Source: the human T2T-CHM13v2.0 reference genome, Homo sapiens | Assembly (NCBI RefSeq): GCF_009914755.1 | Contig: NC_060927.1 | Direction: 5' to 3' (one strand) | DNA: 64,000 nucleotides | Shown here: positions 15,811-28,378 of the stretch, one piece after another | Numbering within the stretch: position 1 is the first letter of the stretch | How the letters are laid out: every line of letters starts with the position of its first letter | Program-made: the position numbers and the translations under genes | Notes under the pieces: model-generated | The model's input: only the letters and a program-made list of their open reading frames with translations | What the model was told of the DNA's origin: nothing | Databases searched by the model: none

Positions 15811-17012
15811 TTTTTTAGTTTTCTAATTTTTATTTTACTTTAAGTACTGGGATACAGGTACAGAACGTGCAGGTTTCTTACACAAGTATACATTGCAGCA
15901 CCTATTAACCCATCATCTAGGTTTTAAGCCTGGCATTCTTTAGGTATTTGTCCTAATGCTCTCCCCGCCCTTGCTGCCCACCACCCAACAGGTCCCAGTG
16001 TGTGATGTTCCCTTCCGTGTCCATGTGTTCTCATTGTTCAATTCCCACTTATGAGTGAGAACACGCAGTGTTTGGTTTTCTGTTCCTGTCTTAGTTTGCT
16101 GAGGAAGATGCTTTCCAGCTTCATCCATGTCCCTGCAAAGAACATGAACTCATTATTTGTTATGGATGCATAGTATTCCATGGTGTATATGTGCCACATT
16201 TTCTTTATCCAGTATATCATTGATGGGCATTTGGGTTGGTTCCAAGTCTTTGCTGTTGTGAACAGTGCTGCAATAAACATATGTATGCATGTGTCTTCAT
16301 AGTAGAATGATTTATAATCATTTGGGTATATACTCAGTAATGGGATTGCTAGGTCAAATGGTACTTCTGGTTCTAGATCCTTGAGGAATCACCACACTGT
16401 CTTCCACAATGGTTGAACTAATTTACATTCTCATCAACAGTGTAAAAGCATTGCTATTTCTCTGCTTTGTCTCCAACATCTGTTGTTTCCTGACTTTTTA
16501 ATGATCGCCATTCTAAGTGGTGTGAGATTGTATGTCACTGTGGTTTTGATATTCATTTCTCTAATGACCAGTGATGATGAGCTTTTTTTCATATGTTTGT
16601 TGGCTGCATAAATGTATTCTTTTGAGAAATGTCTGTTCATATCCTTTGCCCACCTTTTGATGGTGTTGTTTGATTTTTTCTTGTAAATTTGTTTAAGTTC
16701 CTTGCAGGTTCTGGATATTAGCCCTTTGTCAGATGGATAGATTGCAAAAATTTTCTCCCATTCTGTAGGTTGCCTATTTACTCTGATGATAGTTTCTTTT
16801 GCTAAGCAGAAGTTCTTTAGTTTAATTAGGTCCCATTTGTCAATTCTGGCTTTTGTTGCAATTGCTTTTGGTGTTTTAGACATGAAGTCTTTGCCAATGC
16901 CTAGGTCCTGAATGGTATTGCCTAGGTTTTCTTCTGGGGTTTTTATAGTTTTAGGTTTTATGTTTAAGTCTTTAATCCATCTTGAGTTAATTTTTGTATA
17001 AAGTATAAGGAA
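15811..17012 (-). mobile_element. LINE-1 (about L1PA8), 5'-truncated, inserted into the inverted duplicate
   Basis: ORF2 C-terminal ORFs (16434-17021, 16038-16280) and 3' UTR. TSD gcataccatccat at 15798-15810 and gcatcccatcctt at 17013-17025. Confidence 0.95.
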
Positions 17013-17159
17013 GCATCCCATCCTTAAGAAGCCATTTGTTTGTAACTACTAGTGCATGTGCTACTTTGATCATTTGCAAGCAAATCAGAAAGCAGAATGA
17101 GGCATGTCCATTACACATACAATATCTTTCTTACAATAGAGCATTAATTTAATAATGAT
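17013..17159. repeat. Inverted duplicate, part 2 (copy of 14783-14929)
   Basis: About 88% ungapped identity to the reverse complement of 14783-14929. Confidence 0.95.
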
Positions 17160-17186
17160 AGTTTGATATTTGATAATGATAAGCTA

Positions 17187-17237
17187 AGGGCCAGGCCCCA
17201 TCTCAAAAACAACAATAACAACAACAACAAAAAAAAA
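17187..17237 (+). mobile_element. Alu 3' terminus and (CAA)n/A tail; right part of the split Alu
   Basis: agggccaggccccatctcaaaaa resembles the Alu end agagcgagaccccgtctcaaaaa. Confidence 0.75.
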
Positions 17238-17332
17238 CGGTGTCAATAGAAATTAGGCTTCTTGGCAACCACCATTTTCAGTATATGAACAATGAAAACT
17301 ATTTCCTTTTTAGTTCTCTGAATGTGTTAAAC

Positions 17333-17679
17333 CAGGGGTCCCCAACCCCCAGGGCTGGAGACCAGTACCAGTTAGTGGCCTGTTAGAAACCTGGCTTCAC
17401 AGCAGGAGGTGAGCGGCTGGCTGGAGCATTATCTGAGCAGCATTATCCTGAGCTCAGCTTCCTGTCAGATACAGGAGCGCAGGAACCCTGTTGTGAACTG
17501 TGCTTGTGAGGGATGTAGGTTGTACTGGCCTTATGAGAATCTAACTAACGACTATGATCTGAGGTAAAACAGTATCAAGTTTCATCCTTAAGCCATTCCC
17601 CCTACCCCACCCCCATCCCAGGAGAAAAAATGTTTTCCAGGAAACCGGACCCTGGTGCCAAAAATGTTGGGGACCACTG
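17333..17679 (+). mobile_element. MER1B hAT-Charlie non-autonomous DNA transposon
   Basis: TIRs caggggtccccaac / gttggggaccactg; perfect 8-bp TSD tgttaaac at 17325-17332 and 17680-17687. Confidence 0.95.
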
Positions 17680-19079
17680 TGTTAAACAATAAAACTGAAA
17701 TATTTTTAAAAATTGATTTGTGGAGGCTTTCATATTAAAGAAGTTTCAAACTACCCAAGGTAAGACACCTTCAAAAGACAGCCTGTGTGTGTGAAACAGA
17801 GGCAATATTTATTAAAATAACCACACACATCTGACACATTCAACTTATATGTGTGGATATCAGCCCTCTTGAGTTCATGGTGAACGCATTCTACTCCTAT
17901 GAATATACCACCAAACCCACCAACAATACACCAAACAGGTAGCTGTTTGGGCCACCAGCATCTGTGAATGTGGAGAACCTCTATAAAAGGAACCATCAGA
18001 GTTAGGCACAATGGAGAGGGAAATCAGTCCTCAAAGTCATCACTTTTAGACTTTTAGACAATTGAATGAGGGCAATTCTCTATATTCTTCAGATAAGTTA
18101 TATATTATTGTTCCCATTTTCCAGATGTCTAGGTGAAGCTGAGAGAGCCTAATTAATTGCCTAAAGTCACATAAGAAGTTCAGCTGAGGTCTGGTACCAA
18201 GTGTCTCATTTTTTCCCTAAACCAAGCAGTTATCTTCCTGTGACACAGGAAGACCATTTACCATGACTGGGACCTCTGGTGCTGAGCTGCTGGCAGGAGA
18301 GCTAAAATCCCGCATATTGGGAGAGCTTTACAAAAGGCATTTTCCCCCTCACATTAACTTTAGAAATGTGATAAGGGAAGCATTAGTATCTATATCTAAA
18401 AGAGCAAGGTGAAAAGATCAGCTCAAGTTCTTGCTGCTGGTTTGACACTGAGTCAAAATGAGCATAGGTGTCCTGCACTAGGGCTGCTTATGTTGGAGAA
18501 ATCACATCCAATGGGAGGAAAGGACCCATCATCCCTGAAGTAGCCCAAACATAACTTCCCCAGATGGAGCAGTGGTTTGGAAGCATTCCTGCTGTTTTTA
18601 ATTATTAGATTTGAAAAGCACATTTGTCCCAAATTTGCTATTAACTTTTAATTTAAGCATTTTATCTTTTTCCCCTTACAATGAAGGTCAAATTCAAACT
18701 CCACAAAGGTGAATTAAGCACTTCTTGTTTCTTAGGCACTTTTACATACCATATGCCAGTTAACCCTCTTAATAATTCCATGGTACCAGAACCATGAAAT
18801 GGAGACCTAAAGGTTGAGTTCCTTTTTGTTTCTAATAAACCTAGGTCACTGGGGTTGACATGGTTCACAATATAAAGATTTACTAATTGGTAATGTTACA
18901 GGATTTAAACACAGATCTCAAACCACAAACAGAAAGGGAATAGGTATAGTGTGTTAAGGAGCTCAAATAATTTAGATACGTGTCTCACCAATTTCAAACA
19001 TAAACTACCCATCTCCCCATCAAGAAAAGTTGTGCACTGTAAATCATATGAAGTTTCTAGTGTATTCCCTTATATAATC

Positions 19080-19300
19080 TATAATAGAATACTTACAATA
19101 CACCAGGCATGGTTCCAATACATTTATATCTATGAATTTACTTAGTCATCACTACAATCCTATGATATAGCTATTAATGTTTTATATATGAAGAAACTGA
19201 ATCATGATCACAGAGAAATTAGGTAGCTTGCATAAAGTCCCCACAGCTAGTAATAGTAGAACGAGTATTCAAACCCAGGTTTAGGAACAAAGCCTTTCAT
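19080..19300 (-). mobile_element. MIR SINE
   Basis: atgaagaaactga...cagagaaattaggtagcttgcataaagtccccacagctagtaa...ttcaaacccagg. Confidence 0.7.
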
Positions 19301-19906
19301 AACGACCCTTTACTACTTTTCTATACAGAAAATGTGGTAAACATATACCAACAAAATAGCCCCAAATTGCTTTTTGTATTCCTTTTTTCCTGTACTAGTT
19401 TTCCCTTACTTCAGTATTTCATAGTGCAGCTGATGAAATTATCATTCTAAAACACAGATCTAAACACAAGACTTAATTGTGTAAAAGTAATTTAATGGCT
19501 TTTATAACTAACTCCTTAATATGTAAACAGTTCCTTTCACAATCTGACCCAGTATACCTGTCTTGCTACATCCCTTTGAGAGGTGGTGCTATTCACTATC
19601 CCAGAAGCAAATTAATGAAGTAAATGATTACAAGCCCAGTAAATTGAAAACCTATTTGTTCCAATGATGGGCTGAGAACTTGCAGATCTGAAGATATTCC
19701 AGCTCTAAAACTTCACTTGATTTTGTTACGAGGAAAGACACACAGCCTTTCTGTTTTCTCCACCAGGGCAAAGATTTGCTGTTTCTATCTAGTGCAATTT
19801 AGACTCCTAATGATTTTCAAATACATTTAGATTAACTCTCAAAATTAACCAGACCCAATCACCCAGTTGCTTATAAGTTTTTGTGTTGTAAATTTCCAAA
19901 AAGGCA

Positions 19907-19978
19907 GTGTGTGTGTGTGTGTGTGAGTGCGTGCGCACGTGTGTGTGTGTGTGTGCGTGCGCACATGTGTGTGTGTGT
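19907..19978. repeat. (TG)n microsatellite with GCGTGCGCAC interruptions
   Basis: Read directly. Confidence 0.95.
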
Positions 19979-20019
19979 ACCTGCGTATTTGTGTTTGAAA
20001 CAGTGAATCCAATAACTGG

Positions 20020-20200
20020 AATGCTTACCGCATTCTCAGCACACTGCTAAGGCTTCACTTACTGTATTCCTTCACAGCAACCCAATAAAGTATCATTATT
20101 CTCATTTTGTGAATAAAAAAAAGTAAAGCTCTGACTTTCTGAGATAATACAGAGAAGACAAAAATGTTACATGCCAAAGACTTAAAAATGTTCACAGTCT
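20020..20200 (-). mobile_element. MIR SINE
   Basis: ccttcacagcaacccaataaagtatcattattctcattttgtgaataa. Confidence 0.55.
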
Positions 20201-23200
20201 TTAAATTATACACAGATTCCTTAGTGATGACTAAAAGTGTCAAATGATGTTGTTAGCAACTAATAGTTTCCCAGAGACTTCCCGTCATCTCAAACAAACA
20301 TCCTTATCACAAAATTTGGTAATGTAATATTAAAGCAGCAAGACAATACTCAAACAAAAGGCATCTAAAGATGCTGAGGTAAACATCTGTATTTTAAGCA
20401 AGCTTGAGATTTCCAAATAATAATTGACAGAGAAAGTAATTTTTCTGTTTAATAATTTAATTTAGAGTGCATTTCTGTTTTTAGGTTTTTCTATTTTGTC
20501 AAACAGTTCTGTACTCTTTTAACGACTTCCATGAAAACTATTTCTGTGCACACAATAGGCAGAGGGTTTTTCAAAATGTGCAAAGTAAAGCGCCCCTCTA
20601 CCTGTTATTTAAGCCAGTATGTTCTAAAGCACCTCTCATTCTCTTTGATGCTACACTGCAGTGTATCTCATAGAACACCTTTTTTAAAAACCTTCAATTC
20701 CTTTGGTCAGAGATTAGAGCATTTGATGTCATATATAAACAATAAAATCCTTTTTATCTCAGTGGTATTTCATTATACTTTGTGACTTAGAAACAAAACG
20801 GGCTTGAAGTCAAGCCAAGACACATCTTTAAGATTGCTATGATAATGCTAATATGCCCTTTAAAATTGAGGCCAGCTGGGAAATCGAAAGGGTGACAAGT
20901 GGAACCAACTTGCATCAAACTGGCATGACACCAGACATTGGCATGGCCTACATGACAGCTGCAGCATCTGGGGAGAGCTTGATAAGAAAATCCTGTTATA
21001 ATGCAGAGCTGGTTTCCCTTAAATTACATCTTATACAGTTTCATAGGTGCCATATTTTATTTTAGAACAAAATGCATTCCTTTTTGAAACAGAAATACTC
21101 TTGTCCTTAAGCAAATGTGAAGGAAGTGGTATTTGGCTGTCCTTTGGCAAAGGGAAAAACCCATGTATATTTAATTAGACCCTTTACCTGAGGGATTTTT
21201 GTTATGAGAACAGAGTGTGAGACTATAACTTTGAGTAGCAATGTAAATGCTATCAGGGCATTCAAAGCAAAGAGTTCAACAAAAGAGCTGCTGTCTGTGT
21301 CAGTTGTAACAACACACTGAGAGGTCCTGGGTGGCAAATGGATGAAGCAGAACCAGATCTCAGTTTCATTCCCAATTGAGTGTCTTCTTTGGACAGAAAA
21401 TCAAGAGGATAACTACCCAGGTGTTCCAGTTTATTGAGTATGACAAGGAGGCCCTCTGCCATCCTAACTAAATTGCAGGGGGAAATACTCTAAGCAAAGA
21501 CTGCTCTCCTGTCATCTTATACTACAGCATTAGCCTGTGGATTTGTGATGAAGGAGGTGGTTCCTGTTTAGCCTTTTCTCCAGGGGACATAAAGGACAAA
21601 TTGTCTGTTCTCCATTATTCATTCATTCAATACATTCTTATCAAACAAACACTTTATGACAGTCATTGTGTTTCTGTGATTTGTGCTTCTAAGATACAAA
21701 AATAATATGATATAGACTCTTCCTAAGCTCACAGACTAATAAAGACACCTGTATAAACAAACAATTGAAAAATGGCATGATGAGAGTGTCAATAAGAAAT
21801 GTACAAAGAATTATTACCATCACAGCCCCTCTTGGCTTTTCTGCCATGTGGAAAAATGCACACTCTAATTTTTGAAGATTTCAAATCTATTTCCAAATTT
21901 CAGAGTGACTCTTCCTTAAAAGCATGCAAGCAACTATGGTCTGTGACTCTTTTTAATTTTGACGGATCCTCTAGAAACATTAAGATTTGATCTATCACTT
22001 CTATAAAACAGTCCAAACTCAGAAATTAGGAGCCGTGCAACCTAAAAAAGGAAATAAAAAACAGCCTGGAAAACTTCTACTCAGTGACATGACATGACAT
22101 ATTTTATAAATTTTTTAAATTACAAATTAAGTCATAAAAGAGAAGTCATACTGTTGGGAACACATCAATTTACTATGTTAGCTTTCTTAAATATTTTCTG
22201 AAATAAGGTGGAGCATACAAAAAAAATCAATGGTTACAGGGTTAAGGTATGATCATTGCACTCGTGGAGAAATGATAAATAAGGAAAAGAATGTAATAGG
22301 AAAAAAAGGTTAAAAATGAATTCTTAGATATGGTGTATGATATTGGCAACAAATTAGCAGCCTGTAGCAGCAGTTTACTCCAAAACCAGAATTGATACTA
22401 ATTTCTGAACAAATAATAAAATTTAACAATGACAATATCATAGGCATATTATCATTCAAAGAACTATAAGTGTACAAAGCTGGTGTCATGTTGGTCATTT
22501 AGTATAATGTCCCAGTGAGGATCCCAAAAATTATAGCCTCAGAGGTGAGTGTCACCTTCTCCTCTTGGCTCTGCTTCTTCCCCTCTACTGTCTTGGCAAA
22601 GATGCAAAATTTCAAACAAGGTTCCCTATATGCACTACATCCTCCATTTTTAAAAAGTTTAATGATGCTTACGCGACTAACTAGTTGATCCAAAAATACA
22701 GTACAGCAATTAGAAGCAACTCAGAAGGAAAAACTGCTGTCCATCTGCTGGCCTCCACCACCATCTGAAAGGAAGCCCCTCTGCATTGTAGCTATTATAC
22801 TCACAAAGGATAAAAGAGCATTTTCTAGACCCTTTGCTAAAAAGCCTGATATTTAAACCTATTTCACAGATGACTAACTAGGTATACTCCCCTATAAAGT
22901 ATTCATCATCTACTGCAGAAATTTATTCATTTTAGTATGTCATAAAGGTATTGCAATTAGACATTTTTCTTTTACTAACACTTCCTGTTTTTATACTGTG
23001 GACTTGAAAAAAAAAAAGAAACAGCCTTATAGAAAGAGAAATAGAGAGGCTTCTTGCCATCCCAATTTTTATAAATTCCTGACTATAAAATTCTGCTTCC
23101 AACTTTAATTAAGGCATCTTCTAGTTTTCATATTTTGTCAGCCAGCTTGGACATCCCAGCTCTCTGCCACCAGGGGGTTATAATGCCTCCCAGGGCTTGC

Positions 23201-23850
23201 ATTAAATTGGATGCTGAGAAAATGAGATTCTTGGCACCCGAAGTTTTTCTCTGCTCTCACCATTCTCATTTTTTCTTTGTTATTTTTATTTTTATTATAG
23301 AATCGTCTTGTTACACCACCAATGGGACTTTTACATTGGAGCAGCAAAGGAAGTACCTATAAGATAATGCACACTGGCCAAGCATGAAAAAAGCATCAGC
23401 TGAGTTAGGGATATTATCCTGATCCCTCACTGTGACTTAGTCTCATTCATTCTTTTGTCCTGAGCCAATTACACCCTGCCTGAGCTTATGACCCACTTGC
23501 TCTCTTGACCAAGCTCAATGCATATTGCATGACTCCAACCAATTTTAGCTGGTTGTGTCCCCAGGCAGAATCACATATTATTTGTTCCTTTGGATGAATG
23601 GCCATTCAGCAATCATTACCCAGTGCTTTAGTAGTGCCCGAGGACAGGAATTACATCCAGAAATAAGTATGGACATCCCACACACTGCCAGCTGTTTATT
23701 CACTACATGATTACAACACTGCATGCTCCAATCTACCATGCCAATTCTAAAACAGTTTAGTCATTTTAATAAGAAAAAAAAACACACTGGTTTAATGATT
23801 GTTAGCTAGCTAGCTAGAGATTATAGATTTTACATATATTTAAGTCCCAG

Positions 23851-24045
23851 TGTGGCATTATTTGTTGCCTAATCAACAGCCATTCCCAATTATTCTCTCT
23901 AAAGGACCGAAATTCTTTTCTGTGATCAAGTAACTATGACCTTATGAGAGTTCAAGGTTTCCCAAGACCCTGGACAGGAATGTGATTGGTTCATGTCAGT
24001 CATGGTGACATTTGCCTTGATTATGGGTATTTGAGTCATGGGCAC
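23851..24045 (+). mobile_element. MLT1 (J/K-like) LTR, 5' part, interrupted by THE1
   Basis: gtgattggttcatgtcagtcatggtg...gggcac, continuing after 26315. Confidence 0.55.
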
Positions 24046-26314
24046 CATATTAGTCCAATCTCACACTGCTATGAAGAGATACCCGAGACTGGGTAATTTA
24101 TAAAGAAAGAGGTTTAATTGACTCACAGTTCACCATGGCTGGCAAGGCTTCAGGAAAATTACAATCATGGTGGAAGAGGAAACAAACACATCCTTCTTCA
24201 TATGGCAGCAGGAAGGAGAAGTTCAAGCAGGGGAAATGCCAGATGCTTATAAAATGATCAGATCTCATGAGAACTCACTCACTATCCTGAGAACAGTGTG
24301 GGGGAACCACCACCATGATTCAGTTATCTCTACCTGGTTCTGCCCTTGACATGTGAGGATTATTACAATTCAAGATGAGATTTGGTTGGGGACACAGCCA
24401 AACAATATCATTTCACCCCTGGCTCCTCTCAAACCTCATATCATCATATTTCAAAATACAATCATGCCTTTCTGAGTGTCTCACAAAGTCTTAGCTCATT
24501 CCAGAATTAATCCAAAAGTCCAAGGTCAAAGTCTCACCTGAGACCAGGCAAGTTCCTTCTGCCTATTAGCCTGTAAAATCAAATCAAGTTAGTTACTTCC
24601 TTCATACAATGGGGATACAAGCATTGGGTTGATACACCCATTCCAAATAGGAGAAATTGGCCAAAACAAAGGGGCTACAGGCCCCATGCAAGTCCAAAAT
24701 CCAATAGGGCAGTAATTAAACCTTAAAGTTCCAAAATGATCTCCTTTGACTCCATGTCTCACATCCAGGGCATGCTCATGTAAATGGTGGGCTCTCACAG
24801 CCTTAGGCAGCTCTGCCCCTGTGGCTTTGCAGAGTACAGGCCCCAGACCCAGCTGCTTTCATGGCTGGCATTGAATGTCTGCAGGTTTTTCAGGTGCACG
24901 GTGCAAGCTGTCAGTGGATCTACTACCATTCTGGGTCCTGGATGATGGTGGCCCTCTTATTACAGATCCACTAGGCAGTGCCACAGTGGGAACTCTGTGT
25001 GGGGGCTCCAACCCCACATTTCCCTTCCACACTGCCCTAGCAGAGGTTCTCCATGAGGGCTCCACCCCTGCAGTAGACTTCTGACTAGACATCAAGGCAT
25101 TTTCATACATCCTCTGAAATCTAGGCAAAGGTTCCCAAACCTCAATTCTTGACTTCTGCATACCCACAGAACCAACACCGTATGGAAGCTGCCAATGCTT
25201 GAGGCTTGCACCCTCTGAAGTGATGTCCTAAGCTGTACCTTGGCCCCTTTTAGCCATGGCTGGAGCAGCTGGGACACAGGGCACCAAGTCCCTAGACTGC
25301 ACACAGCAGGGGAATCCTGGTCCCACCCCACGAAACCATGTTTCCCTCCTAGGCTTCCAGGCCAGAGATGGGAGGGACTGCCATGAAGACCTCTGACAAG
25401 CCCTCAAGACATTTTCCCCATGGTCTTGGTGGTTAACATTCAGCTCCATATTACTTATACAAATTTCTGCAGCTGGTTTGAATTTCTTTCAGAAAATGAG
25501 ATTTTCATTTCTATCATATCATCAGCCTGCAAATTTTCCAAACTTTAATGCTCCAATTCCTCTTGAATGCTTTGCTGCTTAGAAATTTCTTCCTTCAGAT
25601 GCCCCAAATCATCTTTCCCAAGTTCAAAATTCCACCTATCTCTAGGGCAGGGGCAAAATGCCACCAGTCTCTTCGCATAGCAAGAGTGACATTTACTCCA
25701 ATTTCCAACAAGTTCCTCATCTCCATCTGAGACCACCTCAGCCTGGTCTTCATTGTCCTTATCACTATCAGCATTTTGGTCAAAGCCATTCAACAAGTCT
25801 CTAGGAAGTTCCAACATTCCCATATTTTCCTGTCTTCTTCTGAGCCCTCCAAACTGTTCCAACCTCTGCCTGTTTCCAAGTTCCAAAGTTGCTTCCACAT
25901 TTTCAGGTATCCTCATAGCAGTCCCCCACTACCTTGGTACCAATTTACTGTATTAATTCATTCTCATGCCGCTATAAAGACATTCCCAACACTGGGAAAT
26001 TTATAAAGGAAAGAGGTTTAATTGACTCACAGTTCTGCAGGGTTTTGGAGGCCTCAGGAAACTTACAATCATGGAAGAAGGGGAAGCTAGCACATCCTTC
26101 CTCATATGGCAGCAGGAAGGAAAAGCACAAGCAAGGGAAATGCCAAATGCTTATAAAACCATCAGCTCTCATGAGTACTCACTCACTATCACAAAAACTT
26201 CATGGGGGAACTGCCACCATAATTCCATAGTCTCCACCTGGTCCCACCCTGGACACATGGGGATTATTACAATTCAAGATGAGACTTGGATGGGAACACT
26301 GTCAAACCATATCA
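24046..26314 (-). mobile_element. Full-length THE1 (C/D-like) MaLR: 3' LTR 24046-24410, internal 24411-25948, 5' LTR 25949-26314
   Basis: Two ~365-bp direct LTRs flank a ~1.54-kb THE1-int, with a polypurine tract at 24411 and the ggtaccaatttac junction. Broken internal ORF fragments at 24859-25916. Confidence 0.95.
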
Positions 26315-26700
26315 AGGACATAACACAATTCTGGTTAATTGAAGCTGAGGGCTCTGCTGTGGGGTTTTTGAGAAAGAGTTCCTGGTTGAGAAGATGAGCT
26401 GTATAGAAAGAAAAGTTTCTCTTCTAAATATATGTCATCTAGTCTTCATGGGATGCCTGGAAGCACTTTACCTATCACGTAATCATAAGGAGAAGCTTAC
26501 TGACACACTGATAAGGGAGAGTGGAAAATATGGATAGTGCCAGCACTAGGATCCCTGATGAGGTCCTTGAACTGCTGAGTTAACCAACCATGGATTCTGC
26601 TGACCTCTGATTTTCTTATCACATAAGACGATAAATGGCCTATTTTGAGTCACTTTTAGTGGGATTTTCCATTACTTGCAGCTAGAAGCATCCTAACAGG
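26315..26700 (+). mobile_element. MLT1 (J/K-like) LTR, 3' part
   Basis: acacaattctggttaattga...ttccattacttgcagctagaagcatcctaac. Confidence 0.65.
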
Positions 26701-26738
26701 CATAGCCTGCATTTCTAATTTATACTACATTTTTTCTT

Positions 26739-27149
26739 TGATATAGAGTCTATTCCCCTCCAAATCTCATGTGAAAAATGGATCCCAAATGTTGGAGGTG
26801 GGGTCAGCCGAGTGGGAGGTATTTGAGTCATGAGAGTGGATCCCTTATGAATTGCTCAGTGCCATCCTCACAGTAATGCATGAGTTCTCAGGCTATTAGT
26901 TACTGTAGGATCTGATTTGCTAAAGAGAGCCTAACACCTCTTCCTCCTCTCTTTCTTCCTCTCTGTCACACATGTGGCATGCTTGCTTCCCTTCGCTTTC
27001 ACCATGAGTGAAATCTTCCTGAGGCCCCGCAGAAGCAGATGATGGTACCATGCTTCTTGTCCAGCTTGTGGAACCGTGGGCCAAATAAACCTTTTTGCTT
27101 TACTCAGCATCAGGTATTCCTTTGTAGCAATGCAAAACAGACTAATACA
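26739..27149 (+). mobile_element. MSTB-like solo LTR
   Basis: tgatatag...cccctccaaatctcatg...aggtattcctttgtagcaatgcaaaacagactaataca. Confidence 0.88.
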
Positions 27150-27544
27150 TTTTCCTATTTTCAAAATCCAATCATTCTCACGGTAATGAGAGTAAATTTG
27201 ATCAATTGCCTACTCCTCTAAATTTTATTAAAGAAACACTATGTTTATATCTCCTCTCATGACAGCTAGAATTTTAAAAAAATCTTATTCATGATAGTAT
27301 TTTATGAAATCAGAGTATGAAAAATAGAATAAATCACTAGGGAAAATGCAATAACTGTGTCAGAAAAAATTATCAAATAAGCCATTTAAACAAGAAAATC
27401 TGAAAAAATTGCTAAAGAAGAAAATCCTAGAGGGGTCAGAGAAGTCATAATTACAAAGAACAGCAAGGTGAGAATATCATAATAGCTGGAACATAAAAGG
27501 TGCTCTAATACTGAAATGGGGAACTGAGAAGGATTAACTACATA

Positions 27545-27712
27545 CTTTATTGGTCCTCACGTAAAGTGAAAAGCTTGGACCTCTTGTTCAAAAACTTAAG
27601 AGTTTTAAGACAGAGACAGCAGAGCACTAAACCAATGTGGTTTTAAAAGTACCCTCAGAAAGCGTGAGCCCTGAGCAACTGCATGGGTTGCATACCCATG
27701 AAGCCAGCCTGA
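27545..27712 (-). mobile_element. MER91A-like hAT-Tip100 element
   Basis: cttgttcaaaaa...gacagcagagcactaaaccaa...cccatgaagccagcctg. Confidence 0.7.
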
Positions 27713-27975
27713 CATCCAAGAATTATGATTTTTCCAGTCCACATATAAAGATTGGAATGGAGTGGACATGGTAATGAGGCTATTGATACAAAGTGAGGCT
27801 GGGCCCCAATAGGACTTCCCTGGACAGAGTTTAATTTCAGTCCAGAGCAAAACCTAAAGAGACTGTGGGAAGAAACCATTCTAGAGTTAACCCTACAATA
27901 CACATCTTCATATTTCAGATGAAAATAATAATACGGAATGTTATTTAAATAACAGGGAAATGCTTAATGCATAAT

Positions 27976-28272
27976 TTTTTGTTTTATTTTATTATTTTTT
28001 TTTTTGGAGACTGAGTCTTACTCCAGGCTGGAGTGCAGTGGTGCAATCTTGGCTCACTGCAACCTCCCTCTCCCTGTTCAAGCGATTCACCTGCCTCAAC
28101 CTTCCAAGTAACTGGGACTACAGGCACATGCTACCATGTCCGGCTAAATTTTGTATCTTTAGTAGAGATGGAGTTTCATCATATTGACCAGGCTGGTCTC
28201 GGACTCTTGAACTCAAGTGATCCGTCCACCTCAGCCTGCCAAAGTTCTGGGTGTGAGCCACTGTGCCCAACC
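27976..28272 (-). mobile_element. Alu (AluS-like) with small internal deletions
   Basis: T-rich tail and Alu body; TSD ttaatg(c/t)ataat at 27964-27975 and 28273-28284. Confidence 0.95.
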
Positions 28273-28378
28273 TTAATGTATAATGTTAATAAAGATAGTT
28301 GTACATAAAATTATGTGCATATAGATGTACATGTGGGGTATATATACAGACTTAAAGGAAGTACTTCAAAACATATCA

